Shown here piece after piece: positions 43,368 through 50,892 of a stretch of 64,000 bases of DNA; positions within the stretch are counted from its first letter, which is position 1; the number at the start of each line of letters is the position of its first letter. The stretch is from Candidatus Nealsonbacteria bacterium (GTDB lineage Bacteria > Patescibacteriota > Minisyncoccia > Minisyncoccales > DAOVPY01). A model generated the notes under the pieces. That model was not told where the DNA came from. It saw only the letters and a program-made list of their open reading frames with translations, and ran no database searches. The stretch is taken from assembly GCA_030628945.1 (NCBI GenBank), contig DAOVPY010000001.1, positions 136,124 through 200,123 on the forward strand, in the 5' to 3' direction. The translations under genes and the position numbers were made by a program.

Positions 43368-43395
43368 TTGACAAGATTTCTTTACACGCTATAAT
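43368..43395 (+). promoter_or_regulatory. Consensus sigma70 promoter of the TA operon; near-leaderless
   Basis: TTGACA (43368-43373), a 16-nt spacer, then TATAAT (43390-43395). The ATG at 43404 is only 8 nt downstream. Confidence 0.55.
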
Positions 43396-43403
43396 AGAAA
43401 TGT

Positions 43404-44183
43404 ATGGTTAAAAATTTACACCAAAAAATTAAACTGTTGAGGCAAAAAAACGATTTCTCGCAGGAGTATATGGCTAAAGCATTGAAAATGTCCCGCCCAA
43501 CCTATATGCAAATTGAGCAGGGTGAGCGTGAACTCACCATAACCGAAGCAAAAAAACTTGCCAGTATTTTTAGTATTTCGTTTGAGGACTTTCTTGCCGG
43601 TAAAGCGCCGAAGTACAAAGTGACTATAGAGCGGAAGAAAACATCCAATAAACCTTCTGATTTTCAAATTCGTGTAACGAAAAAGAATTTAGAGAAATTT
43701 AAGCAAGTATTATTGTATGTACTTGGAAAAGTTGGCAGTAAGCCGAATGTTGGTGAAACTGTTATTCATAAATTGCTTTATTTTATTGATTTTGACTACT
43801 ATGAGAAATTTGAAGAAAGTTTGATGGGAGCCACATATATTAAAAACTATCATGGACCAACTTCAAAAGAGTTGGGGCCAATTCTTGCGGATATGCAGAA
43901 AAAAGGAGAGATTGAGGCAGTAAAAAGTAAGTATTTTAAGTACGAACAAAAAAAATATCTCCCACTCAAGCGGCCAAACCTTGATGTGCTTTCAGCGCGC
44001 GAAATAGAACATATTGATGATGTTTTAGCGCGCCTATCTGATAAAAACGCGCGAGAAATAGAAAATTATTCGCATAACGATATCCCATGGAAGACCGCTG
44101 AAGATGGCAAGCCGCTTTCTTATGAAAGTGTTTTTTATCGTGATGAGCGCTATTCCGTAAGAAATTATGACGATGAACTTTAA
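43404..44183 (+). CDS. HTH-XRE / Panacea (DUF4065, SocA-like) domain antitoxin
   Basis: The N-terminal region LRQKNDFSQEYMAKALKMSRPTYMQIEQGER is an XRE-type HTH. The central region VIHKLLYFIDFDYYEKFEESLMGATYIKNYHGP is typical of DUF4065. Confidence 0.7.
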   Translation: MVKNLHQKIKLLRQKNDFSQEYMAKALKMSRPTYMQIEQGERELTITEAKKLASIFSISFEDFLAGKAPKYKVTIERKKTSNKPSDFQIRVTKKNLEKFKQVLLYVLGKVGSKPNVGETVIHKLLYFIDFDYYEKFEESLMGATYIKNYHGPTSKELGPILADMQKKGEIEAVKSKYFKYEQKKYLPLKRPNLDVLSAREIEHIDDVLARLSDKNAREIENYSHNDIPWKTAEDGKPLSYESVFYRDERYSVRNYDDEL

Positions 44184-44511
44184 TGAGTTGCCAGAGTTCA
44201 CAAAAGAATGTAAGCGGCTTGCAAAAAAGTATAAATCTCTCCCGAATGATTTGCAGGAATTTAGAAAGGTCGTCTCTGTGGCGCCACTCGGCAACAGCAA
44301 ACATTTTAATATCGTCACCCAATCTGAAAGCGTCAAAATAGTTAAGGCGCGCTTTTTTTGTAGATATTTGAAAGGATCATCCCTGCGAATTATTTACGCA
44401 TATATTGAAAGGAAAAAAAGAATTGAGTTTATTGAGATGTATTTCAAAGGAAATAAGGAAAATGAAGATAGAGAAAGAATAAAACAATATTTGAAATCTT
44501 TTGATATTTAA
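44167..44511 (+). CDS. RelE/ParE-superfamily-like toxin partner
   Basis: 114 aa, overlapping the antitoxin gene by 17 nt. The LRIIYAYIERKKRIEFIEMYFKGNKENED pattern is typical of this class. Confidence 0.5.
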   Translation: MTMNFNELPEFTKECKRLAKKYKSLPNDLQEFRKVVSVAPLGNSKHFNIVTQSESVKIVKARFFCRYLKGSSLRIIYAYIERKKRIEFIEMYFKGNKENEDRERIKQYLKSFDI

Positions 44512-44593
44512 CTCTGCCCACCGCCCTTTTAAATCCGCAGATGATTAAAAGATTTCAAGTGTTTAAGATCCGTGCTTAAACATTAGAAAATAA

Positions 44594-44625
44594 CTATTCT
44601 CTTATTCGCGCGAATAAGAGAATAG
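44594..44625. repeat. Perfect 32-bp palindrome
   Basis: CTATTCTCTTATTCGC|GCGAATAAGAGAATAG, two exact 16-nt arms with no spacer. Confidence 0.9.
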
Positions 44626-44653
44626 CAAATGAGAAATGAAGCAGAAATTTTTG

Positions 44654-44682
44654 CCGCTATCTCGCCAAAAAAGCGGTTTTTT
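44654..44682 (+). terminator. Rho-independent terminator
   Basis: CCGCT-(13 nt)-AGCGG followed by T6. Confidence 0.45.
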
Positions 44683-44741
44683 GGTAGAATGGAAACGAAA
44701 GGTCAGACATAAATAAACAATTTTGAATAAAATTAAAAAAT

Positions 44742-44963
44742 ATGGACAACAAAATTTTAAAAAATTTAAGAGAGGATTTGATAGGAGAACTGCAAGCCAT
44801 TAATCAGTATCAGGAGCATATAGACGAAACAAACGATGAAGAAATTAAAAAGGTTTTAGGCCATATCAGAGACGACGAAAAAGAACATTTTGCGGAATTG
44901 ACGAAACTCATCAGAAAAATAGACGAAACCCAGGAACAAAAATTCCAAAAACAGGAACTTTAG
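44742..44963 (+). CDS. Small ferritin-like (half-ferritin/EncFtn-like) protein
   Basis: 73 aa. GELQAINQYQEHI ... DDEKEHFAELTKL gives the E...ExxH metal-ligand pattern of a two-helix ferritin-like unit. No encapsulin gene is adjacent. Confidence 0.45.
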   Translation: MDNKILKNLREDLIGELQAINQYQEHIDETNDEEIKKVLGHIRDDEKEHFAELTKLIRKIDETQEQKFQKQEL

Positions 44964-44971
44964 ATTGGGGG

Positions 44972-45000
44972 TTGACTTATTTTTGTTTTTATACTAAACT
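44972..45000 (+). promoter_or_regulatory. Promoter candidate of the cold-shock gene
   Basis: GGGGG followed by TTGACT (44972-44977), a 17-nt spacer, then TAAACT (44995-45000). The ~110-nt leader ends with the tandem repeat AACTTTATTCTTA x2. Confidence 0.4.
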
Positions 45001-45113
45001 TTTCATTGTATAGTTGCCTATAGAAAAATGTGGTCGGGTTTTCTCGGGAGCTAAATTTTAAGAAAAAATCTTAAAATTATTAATTAACTTTATTCTTAAC
45101 TTTATTCTTATTT

Positions 45114-45314
45114 ATGGAAGGAACAATTAAGAAACTTATCACAGACAAAGGATTCGGTTTTATTACCGTTGACGGAGAGGAAAAAGATTTGTTTTTTCAC
45201 AGCAACGAACTTCAGGGAGTAAGCTTTACAGAGTTGAAAGAGGGAGACAGGGTATCTTTTGAAAAAGCCGATTCTCCGAAAGGAGAAAACGCTGTAAAGG
45301 TATCACGCGTTTAA
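45114..45314 (+). CDS. cspA: Cold-shock domain protein
   Basis: KGFGFI is RNP1 and LFFHSNEL is RNP2-like. Length is 66 aa. Confidence 0.9.
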   Translation: MEGTIKKLITDKGFGFITVDGEEKDLFFHSNELQGVSFTELKEGDRVSFEKADSPKGENAVKVSRV

Positions 45315-45331
45315 CCGATTATTTGAATTGC

Positions 45332-45358
45332 AAAAAATCGCCTAAAAGGCGATTTTTT
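45332..45358 (+). terminator. Rho-independent terminator
   Basis: AAAAAATCGCC-TAAAA-GGCGATTTTTT. Confidence 0.65.
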
Positions 45359-45408
45359 GGTTTCAAGGATTTAAACTTTTTGGAAATTTTTGGTATAATA
45401 AAGACGAA

Positions 45409-46299
45409 ATGATAAAAATTGAAAAATATTCTAAAAATCCAATATTGACCCCGACATTGAAAGACAACAGTTTTGAAAAAGTTTGCGTATATAATCCCGG
45501 AGCAATAGTAAAAAACAATAAAGTTTATTTGCTTTACAGAGCCGAAGCGACATGTGAAGAATATATTTCCCGGATTGGCATGGCTTTCAGCAAAGACGGC
45601 TTTAAATTCAAGAGATATTCTAAAAATCCAATAATCCAGGGCAAGGGAAAATCAGAAAAAAGAGGATGCGAAGATCCCAGGGTGGTAAAAACAGATTGTG
45701 GTTATTTTTTGACCTATACGGCTTATAGCGGGAAACATGTTCGTCTTTGCGGCGCGATTTCCAAGGATTTAATACATTGGAGAAAAATAGGGATATTGGT
45801 TCCGAGAGCGAAAAAGTCGGGAGCAATTATCCGGGATTATAAATATAATGGAAAGTATGTAATGTATTTTGGAGTTGGAAAAAGTTTAAAGCTCGCGGTT
45901 TCCGAAGATTTAAAAAAATGGCAAATTATAGAAAAATCGGTTCTATCGGCGCGAAAGAGATTTTTTGACAGCTGTTTAGTGGAAGCCGGGCCGCCTCCTT
46001 TTGTCGCCAAAGACAAAATTTTTGTAATTTATAATTCCGCCAAAGAAATAAAAAATTATAAAAATGAGAAAGACCGGTTGAGTTATTCTTTGGGATTAGC
46101 CATTTTTGACAAAAATAATCCCGCTAAACTTTTATACAGGTCAGATAAGCCGATATTAAAAGCGACAGAATATTGGGAAATGTATGGAAAAGTGAACAAC
46201 GTAATCTTTGCCACGGGACTTGTCTATTTTAAAAGAAAATGGATTTTATACTATGGGGGAGCGGATAAAAGCATAGGCGCGGCCGTAATTGATTTTTAA
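45409..46299 (+). CDS. GH130-family glycoside phosphorylase/hydrolase (DUF377)
   Basis: NPILTP...VYNPGAIVKNNKVYLLYRAE...GCEDPRVV is typical of GH130. Confidence 0.7.
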   Translation: MIKIEKYSKNPILTPTLKDNSFEKVCVYNPGAIVKNNKVYLLYRAEATCEEYISRIGMAFSKDGFKFKRYSKNPIIQGKGKSEKRGCEDPRVVKTDCGYFLTYTAYSGKHVRLCGAISKDLIHWRKIGILVPRAKKSGAIIRDYKYNGKYVMYFGVGKSLKLAVSEDLKKWQIIEKSVLSARKRFFDSCLVEAGPPPFVAKDKIFVIYNSAKEIKNYKNEKDRLSYSLGLAIFDKNNPAKLLYRSDKPILKATEYWEMYGKVNNVIFATGLVYFKRKWILYYGGADKSIGAAVIDF

Positions 46300-46301
46300 A
46301 T

Positions 46302-47804
46302 ATGAAAAAATTAATATTATCAATAATTATTCTATTGTTTTTGTCTGGAGCAGTAGTTTTTGCCCAAGGCGCTGACCTGCCGTCTCCTGGGTTAACTCCT
46401 GACAGCCCTTTTTATTTTCTTGACACTCTGGGAGAAAAAATAGGAATGTTTTTTGCTTTTTCCGCCGAGAAAAAAGCAGAGAAAGCCATGCAATACGCCG
46501 GAGAAAAACTTATGGAAGTAAAAGCAATGGCAGAGAAAAATAAAATTGACGCTCTGAACAAATCCGGTCAGAAGTATCAGGAGTATTTAATCTTGTTTTT
46601 TAAAAAAGGCGGAGAAGCCTCTGAGGAGGGCAAGGACATTTCAGAGATGGAAAAAGTGTCAAAACTGAAAGCTTTAGATTACTTAAGAATTTTATCAGAT
46701 ACCTATAAAAAAATCACGGAAGAAAAAGTTAAAAATAAGATTGATGAGCTTCGCAATGTAAGTCGGGAAGCTTTTGGAGAAACGATTTGGAGCCAGCATG
46801 AAAAAATAATGAAAGAATTACGAGAAGAAAAAATGAAAGAACAATCAGAAAAAGCAACCAAAATGCTTGAAATCCTTGAAAAAGAGGGAATAAGCGCGGA
46901 AGCGCAGGAGAAGGTGATAGCCCTGATTAACGGCGCGGAGATTACTAAGGATGAATTTATCCAAAAACTCAGGGTTTATATCCTGGGCAACAAATTCCAA
47001 ATTAGCAGGCAAGACGGGATGGGGCAGATGGCTGGCGAAACAGAGGATGAATTTATTCAACGGCTTATGCCTGTTTTTGGCAAGCCCGTTTTTGAGAAGA
47101 TGATTAATGAAATCATTATTCAACAGAAAGCAGAAGAGCAAGATGTAAAAGCAATGCCGGAAGAAATTAATGAAAAGATAGATGAAATAAAAAAGCAATC
47201 CGGCGGCGAAGCAATTTTTAAGCAAAAACTCTCTGAAACCGGCATGACTAGTGAGGAATTGATGCAGCAAGTAGAGGTCCAAATTTTAATAGAAAAACTT
47301 GTTGCCAAACAAGCCGTGATTAGCGAACAAGACATCAAGGATTATTTTTATAGAAACAAAGCCAGATTTGCCAAGCCGGAAGAGGTAAGGGCATCTCATA
47401 TTCTGGTTAGAACAGAACAAGAAGCCAAAGAAGTTTTGAGCCGTTTGAAAGCAGGAGCCGATTTTATTGAATTAGCCATGGAAAAGTCAATAGATCCCGG
47501 AACCAAGGATAAAGGCGGAGATCTCGGCTTTTTTTCTCAAGGCAAGATGACCCCTGCCTTTGAACAAGCGGCTTTCGCCCTTGAATCAGGAGAAATCAGC
47601 GAAGTGGTGAAGACGCCTTATGGATATCATATTATTAAAGTTGAAGAAAAGAAGCCGGCTCAGGAACCCAACCTTGAATTAGCAAGAGAAGAAATTAAAG
47701 AGACCCTTACACAACAGAAAATATGGACTGTTAGGTCTGATTTTCTCCAAAATTTAAGGGAAGAAGCCGAAATTGAAATAAGGCTGTTTGAACTTGGGGA
47801 TTAA
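46302..47804 (+). CDS. Secreted parvulin-type PPIase (PrsA/SurA-like) with DUF5667-like N-terminal module
   Basis: It has a signal peptide and GLTPDSPFYFLDTLGEKIGMFF. The C-terminal PpiC domain reads ASHILV...GGDLGFF...PYGYHIIKVEE. Confidence 0.75.
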   Translation: MKKLILSIIILLFLSGAVVFAQGADLPSPGLTPDSPFYFLDTLGEKIGMFFAFSAEKKAEKAMQYAGEKLMEVKAMAEKNKIDALNKSGQKYQEYLILFFKKGGEASEEGKDISEMEKVSKLKALDYLRILSDTYKKITEEKVKNKIDELRNVSREAFGETIWSQHEKIMKELREEKMKEQSEKATKMLEILEKEGISAEAQEKVIALINGAEITKDEFIQKLRVYILGNKFQISRQDGMGQMAGETEDEFIQRLMPVFGKPVFEKMINEIIIQQKAEEQDVKAMPEEINEKIDEIKKQSGGEAIFKQKLSETGMTSEELMQQVEVQILIEKLVAKQAVISEQDIKDYFYRNKARFAKPEEVRASHILVRTEQEAKEVLSRLKAGADFIELAMEKSIDPGTKDKGGDLGFFSQGKMTPAFEQAAFALESGEISEVVKTPYGYHIIKVEEKKPAQEPNLELAREEIKETLTQQKIWTVRSDFLQNLREEAEIEIRLFELGD

Positions 47805-47809
47805 AAAAT

Positions 47810-49219
47810 ATGTATATAAAAATAGCGTCAATTACTGAAATATTACTGGGATTGGCAATCGGAGGATTTGGAGGATTTGCCCTCTGGGTTTCCAGTCTCA
47901 CTCCCGGACCCGCGGCAATTACGGGTTTTGTGCTTGGCGCGCCGATGATTTTCTTGGGCATTTTTTTGATTATTTTTGGAATAAATTTATGGAGATTCAA
48001 AAAATGGGCATGGATAGCGTCAACGGTGATATTAATAATTGTGATTGCGTTTTTGCTTGCGTTGATTATAGGGTTTAAGGATAACCCTCAGCCAGTCCTT
48101 ATTTTTTCATGCGCAGGCGCTGTTGTTTGTTTAATATTATTAGTATTGGGGAAAAGAAAAATTTTTTCCGTCAGAAAGACAATAATTCCTGCCAAAAAAG
48201 CAATAAAAGGTTTGCAAAAAGTTCAAACAGAAAAGAGAATGAGCGCGCCTTGGAAAAAGATATTAATTATTGCAATTTCAATTCCGATTTTAATTTTAAT
48301 TTCGGTGATAGAGGTACCAAAGGAAATGGTAATGCCGACGGCAGAGGAACCAATTCAACCCAAAATTGCCAGTGATTGCGAAAAAGAAACTTTCATTGAT
48401 AGAAAGGACTGGTGTTACAAAGGGGTGGCGCAAGAAACTAAAAATAGCGGTTTATGCGGAAAAATAATTAATGAAGATACGCAAAATTCATGTTATGCTA
48501 TTGTTATAAAAGACGTTAGCTTTTGCGAGAAACTAACTAACAATTTTAAAAAAGAAATGTGTTACAGCAGTGTTGCAAAAGAAACTAAGGATAGCGCTTT
48601 ATGCGAGAAAATAATTCTCAGTATACACAATCGTGATAATATGGATGGATGTTATGCTGATGTTGCAAAAGAAACTAAAGATACTGGCCTATGCGAAAAG
48701 ATAACTAGAAGTTTCACAAAGGACGGTTGTTACTTTGGTATTGCGATAGAAACTAAAGATGCTAATGTATGCGAAAAAATAATTGCTACCGAAGGTATAT
48801 CCTCCCGCGACAGGTGTTACGATACCATTGCGCGAGAAATTAAAGATGCTAACCTATGTGAAAAGATAAGTTATAGTCTCGCAAAGTATGTATGTTATGC
48901 TTTTGTTACAAACGACGCCAGCATATGTGAAAAAATGGCTGGCGAGGGAAAGGATAGGTGTTACTTTGGTATTGCGACAGACACTGAAGACGCCAGCTTG
49001 TGCGAAAAAATAATAGATACTGCCAGAGAGAGTGGTACGCAAGACCAGTGTTATGAGAACATTGCGCGACATACCAAAGATAGCAGCCTGTGTAAAAGAA
49101 TAATTGGAAGACCCGACAGTCGATGGAGGGATAGATGTTACTTTGAGACTCCGTGCAGAAGTATAGCAGCCTGCGTGAAAAAATTGCTGTTAAGATTGAA
49201 AAAAGGCATTGAGACATAA
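47810..49219 (+). CDS. Polytopic membrane protein with ~10 extracytoplasmic two-Cys tandem repeats
   Basis: About 5 hydrophobic helices lie in the first ~165 aa. The repeat array CEK-x-CY-xx-VA-x-ETKD-x-SL follows. Confidence 0.6.
   Translation: MYIKIASITEILLGLAIGGFGGFALWVSSLTPGPAAITGFVLGAPMIFLGIFLIIFGINLWRFKKWAWIASTVILIIVIAFLLALIIGFKDNPQPVLIFSCAGAVVCLILLVLGKRKIFSVRKTIIPAKKAIKGLQKVQTEKRMSAPWKKILIIAISIPILILISVIEVPKEMVMPTAEEPIQPKIASDCEKETFIDRKDWCYKGVAQETKNSGLCGKIINEDTQNSCYAIVIKDVSFCEKLTNNFKKEMCYSSVAKETKDSALCEKIILSIHNRDNMDGCYADVAKETKDTGLCEKITRSFTKDGCYFGIAIETKDANVCEKIIATEGISSRDRCYDTIAREIKDANLCEKISYSLAKYVCYAFVTNDASICEKMAGEGKDRCYFGIATDTEDASLCEKIIDTARESGTQDQCYENIARHTKDSSLCKRIIGRPDSRWRDRCYFETPCRSIAACVKKLLLRLKKGIET
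48372..49150 (+). repeat. Two-Cys repeat array (coding), ~10 units
   Basis: CEKI/CY..VA.ETKD..L units are visible in translation. Confidence 0.7.
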
Positions 49220-49272
49220 TAAGGTATAATAAAGATGAAAAGTTAATTTATAAATAAGAAGTTAAAATTAAT

Positions 49273-50880
49273 ATGAAAAAATTAATATTATCAATCATTA
49301 TTTTATCACTTTGCCTTGGGACTGGGGTTTTCGCCCAAGGAACAGAACTTCCAAGTCCCGGGCTAACTCCTGACAGCCCTTTTTATTTTCTTGACACTCT
49401 GGGCGAGAAAATTGGAATGTTTTTTGCTTTTGGGGCTGAGAAAAAAGCAGAGAAAGCCATGCAATACGCCGGAGAAAAACTTATGGAAGTCAAAGCAATG
49501 GCAGAAAAGAACAAGCCCAAGGCCATAGAAAAAGCTAACCAGAAATATCAGGAATTTTTAGGCGCGGCTAATCAAAAAACGCAGGAAGCTAAAGAGCAGG
49601 GTAAAGATGTAGAGAGATTGGTCGTTTTGATTTCAGAAAAGACCTTAAAACATCAGGAAATTTTAGCAGAAGTATTTGAGAAAGTTTCGGAACAAGCAAA
49701 AGCCGGAATTGAAAAAGCGATTGAAATGTCGCAAAAAGGCTTTGAAGAAGCGATTAAGGCAGTTTCCGGAGCAAAGAAACAAGAGCTGCAAAAGAGGTTT
49801 GTAGAAATAACCGAAAAGGTCCCGGTTTATCCGGGCGCCTCAGAAGTTGAAGTTCCTTTAAGAATAAAACAAGAAATTCAACGCGATTTATCCCTAAATG
49901 TTGAGATAATAATTCATAGTTCGGACGACTCGCCCGAGAAAGTCGCAGATTGGTATGAATCTCAGCTTGTTAATAGGGGATGGGAGAAAATAATAACAGA
50001 AAAACACGAAATGCCTCAATACAAGAAAGACGAAATCGGTTTAGGGATAGTTGTAATTCTAGGAAAGGAGTTTGAAATAAAGGAGATAGAGGAAGAAAAA
50101 ACAGCAATTCTTCTTGTAAAAGATGAATTTGAGGCTTGGGAAAAATTTTTAGGAATTTCTAAGGAAGAAGGAGCATTAATAACTAAAACTGCTGATGATT
50201 GTGAAAAGATAACCTCCGGAGAAATAAAGGATACATGTTACCTCAACGTTGCATTGGAAACCAAAAATGCTAGTCTATGTGAAAAAACAATTAACAAGGA
50301 TGGGTGTTATGCTTCTATCGCAAGAGAAACTGAAGATGTTAGTCTCTGTGAAAAGGTAATGGACATCATTAACAAGAACGTGTGTTATATAGCTCTTGCC
50401 CAAAGAACTCAAGATAGTAACCTGTGTGAAAAAGCACCTAAGAAGGATATGTGTTACTGGAACCTTGCGCTACATGCTAAGGATAGTAGCTTGTGTGAGA
50501 AGATAATTGACAGTGCTATAAGATATAGCTGTATAGCAGCTAAAGAGGAAGAAATTTTGGCCCGAAATCGGCAGCGGAAGATTGATATAAACCAAATTGT
50601 TGTTGTAATGGAGGTGTATTACAGTGATAACAATCAATATTTTCAGTCCAAAATGATGCCCGCCACTATTAGAGATTATCTTCCAATAGTTCCAAAAGAT
50701 CCTTTAACTGGAAATCCCTATTTTTGGTTAGATAATACTTCGGGTTCTTCTACTGGTTGCGACGCTCAACACTATTGTGTTTGGGCAGAACTTGAGGGGG
50801 GTGGTTTTCAGGCGGCTTCGGAAAAAAGTCCCAGAGTTAAAGAGATAGACGCGCAACCGGCTAAATGTCCTTGTTGGTAA
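49273..50880 (+). CDS. Secreted chimeric protein: DUF5667-like module + two-Cys repeats + type IV pilin-like head domain
   Basis: The N-terminal 81 aa are near-identical to those of 46302-47804. There are 4-5 Cys repeats. The C-terminal ARNRQRKIDINQIVVVMEVYYSDNNQYF...PKDPLTG...C...C resembles the post-helix globular part of pilins/pseudopilins, but the prepilin helix is absent. Confidence 0.6.
   Translation: MKKLILSIIILSLCLGTGVFAQGTELPSPGLTPDSPFYFLDTLGEKIGMFFAFGAEKKAEKAMQYAGEKLMEVKAMAEKNKPKAIEKANQKYQEFLGAANQKTQEAKEQGKDVERLVVLISEKTLKHQEILAEVFEKVSEQAKAGIEKAIEMSQKGFEEAIKAVSGAKKQELQKRFVEITEKVPVYPGASEVEVPLRIKQEIQRDLSLNVEIIIHSSDDSPEKVADWYESQLVNRGWEKIITEKHEMPQYKKDEIGLGIVVILGKEFEIKEIEEEKTAILLVKDEFEAWEKFLGISKEEGALITKTADDCEKITSGEIKDTCYLNVALETKNASLCEKTINKDGCYASIARETEDVSLCEKVMDIINKNVCYIALAQRTQDSNLCEKAPKKDMCYWNLALHAKDSSLCEKIIDSAIRYSCIAAKEEEILARNRQRKIDINQIVVVMEVYYSDNNQYFQSKMMPATIRDYLPIVPKDPLTGNPYFWLDNTSGSSTGCDAQHYCVWAELEGGGFQAASEKSPRVKEIDAQPAKCPCW
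50194..50550 (+). repeat. Two-Cys repeat array (coding), 4-5 units
   Basis: The repeat consensus is the same as at 48372-49150. Confidence 0.65.
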
Positions 50881-50892
50881 AATAATAACCAA

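Noticed and set aside
30252-44625. Island repeats interpreted as a CRISPR array or a classical integron
   Set aside because: The repeats are heterogeneous in sequence and length. They are irregularly spaced by whole genes, not by 25-50 nt spacers. No cas genes are present. No IntI-like integrase or attI is visible in the window. I could not verify the R''/R' (RYYYAAC/GTTRRRY) attC architecture by eye. The cassette analogy is therefore kept only as a hypothesis.
30181-44700. Classical tRNA-targeted genomic island with attL/attR
   Set aside because: I scanned the right-hand intergenic regions by eye for a copy of the tRNA-Gln 3' end (…GAATCCAAGCCCGGCA) and found none. No integrase gene is present either. 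Integration at the tRNA is therefore unsupported, although the location is suggestive.
45001-45113. Tandem AACTTTATTCTTA x2 in the csp leader interpreted as a regulatory repeat
   Set aside because: There are only two short A+T-rich copies in an A+T-rich leader. Long structured 5' UTRs are normal for cold-shock genes. The evidence is too weak to claim more.
46302-49515. The near-identical N-terminal modules of 46302 and 49273 interpreted as a DGR template/variable repeat pair
   Set aside because: There is no reverse transcriptase in the window. The duplicated segment lies at the N terminus, not in a C-terminal lectin-type VR. The mismatches are not restricted to adenine positions; for example t>g and c>g changes occur in gctttttccgcc/gcttttggggct.
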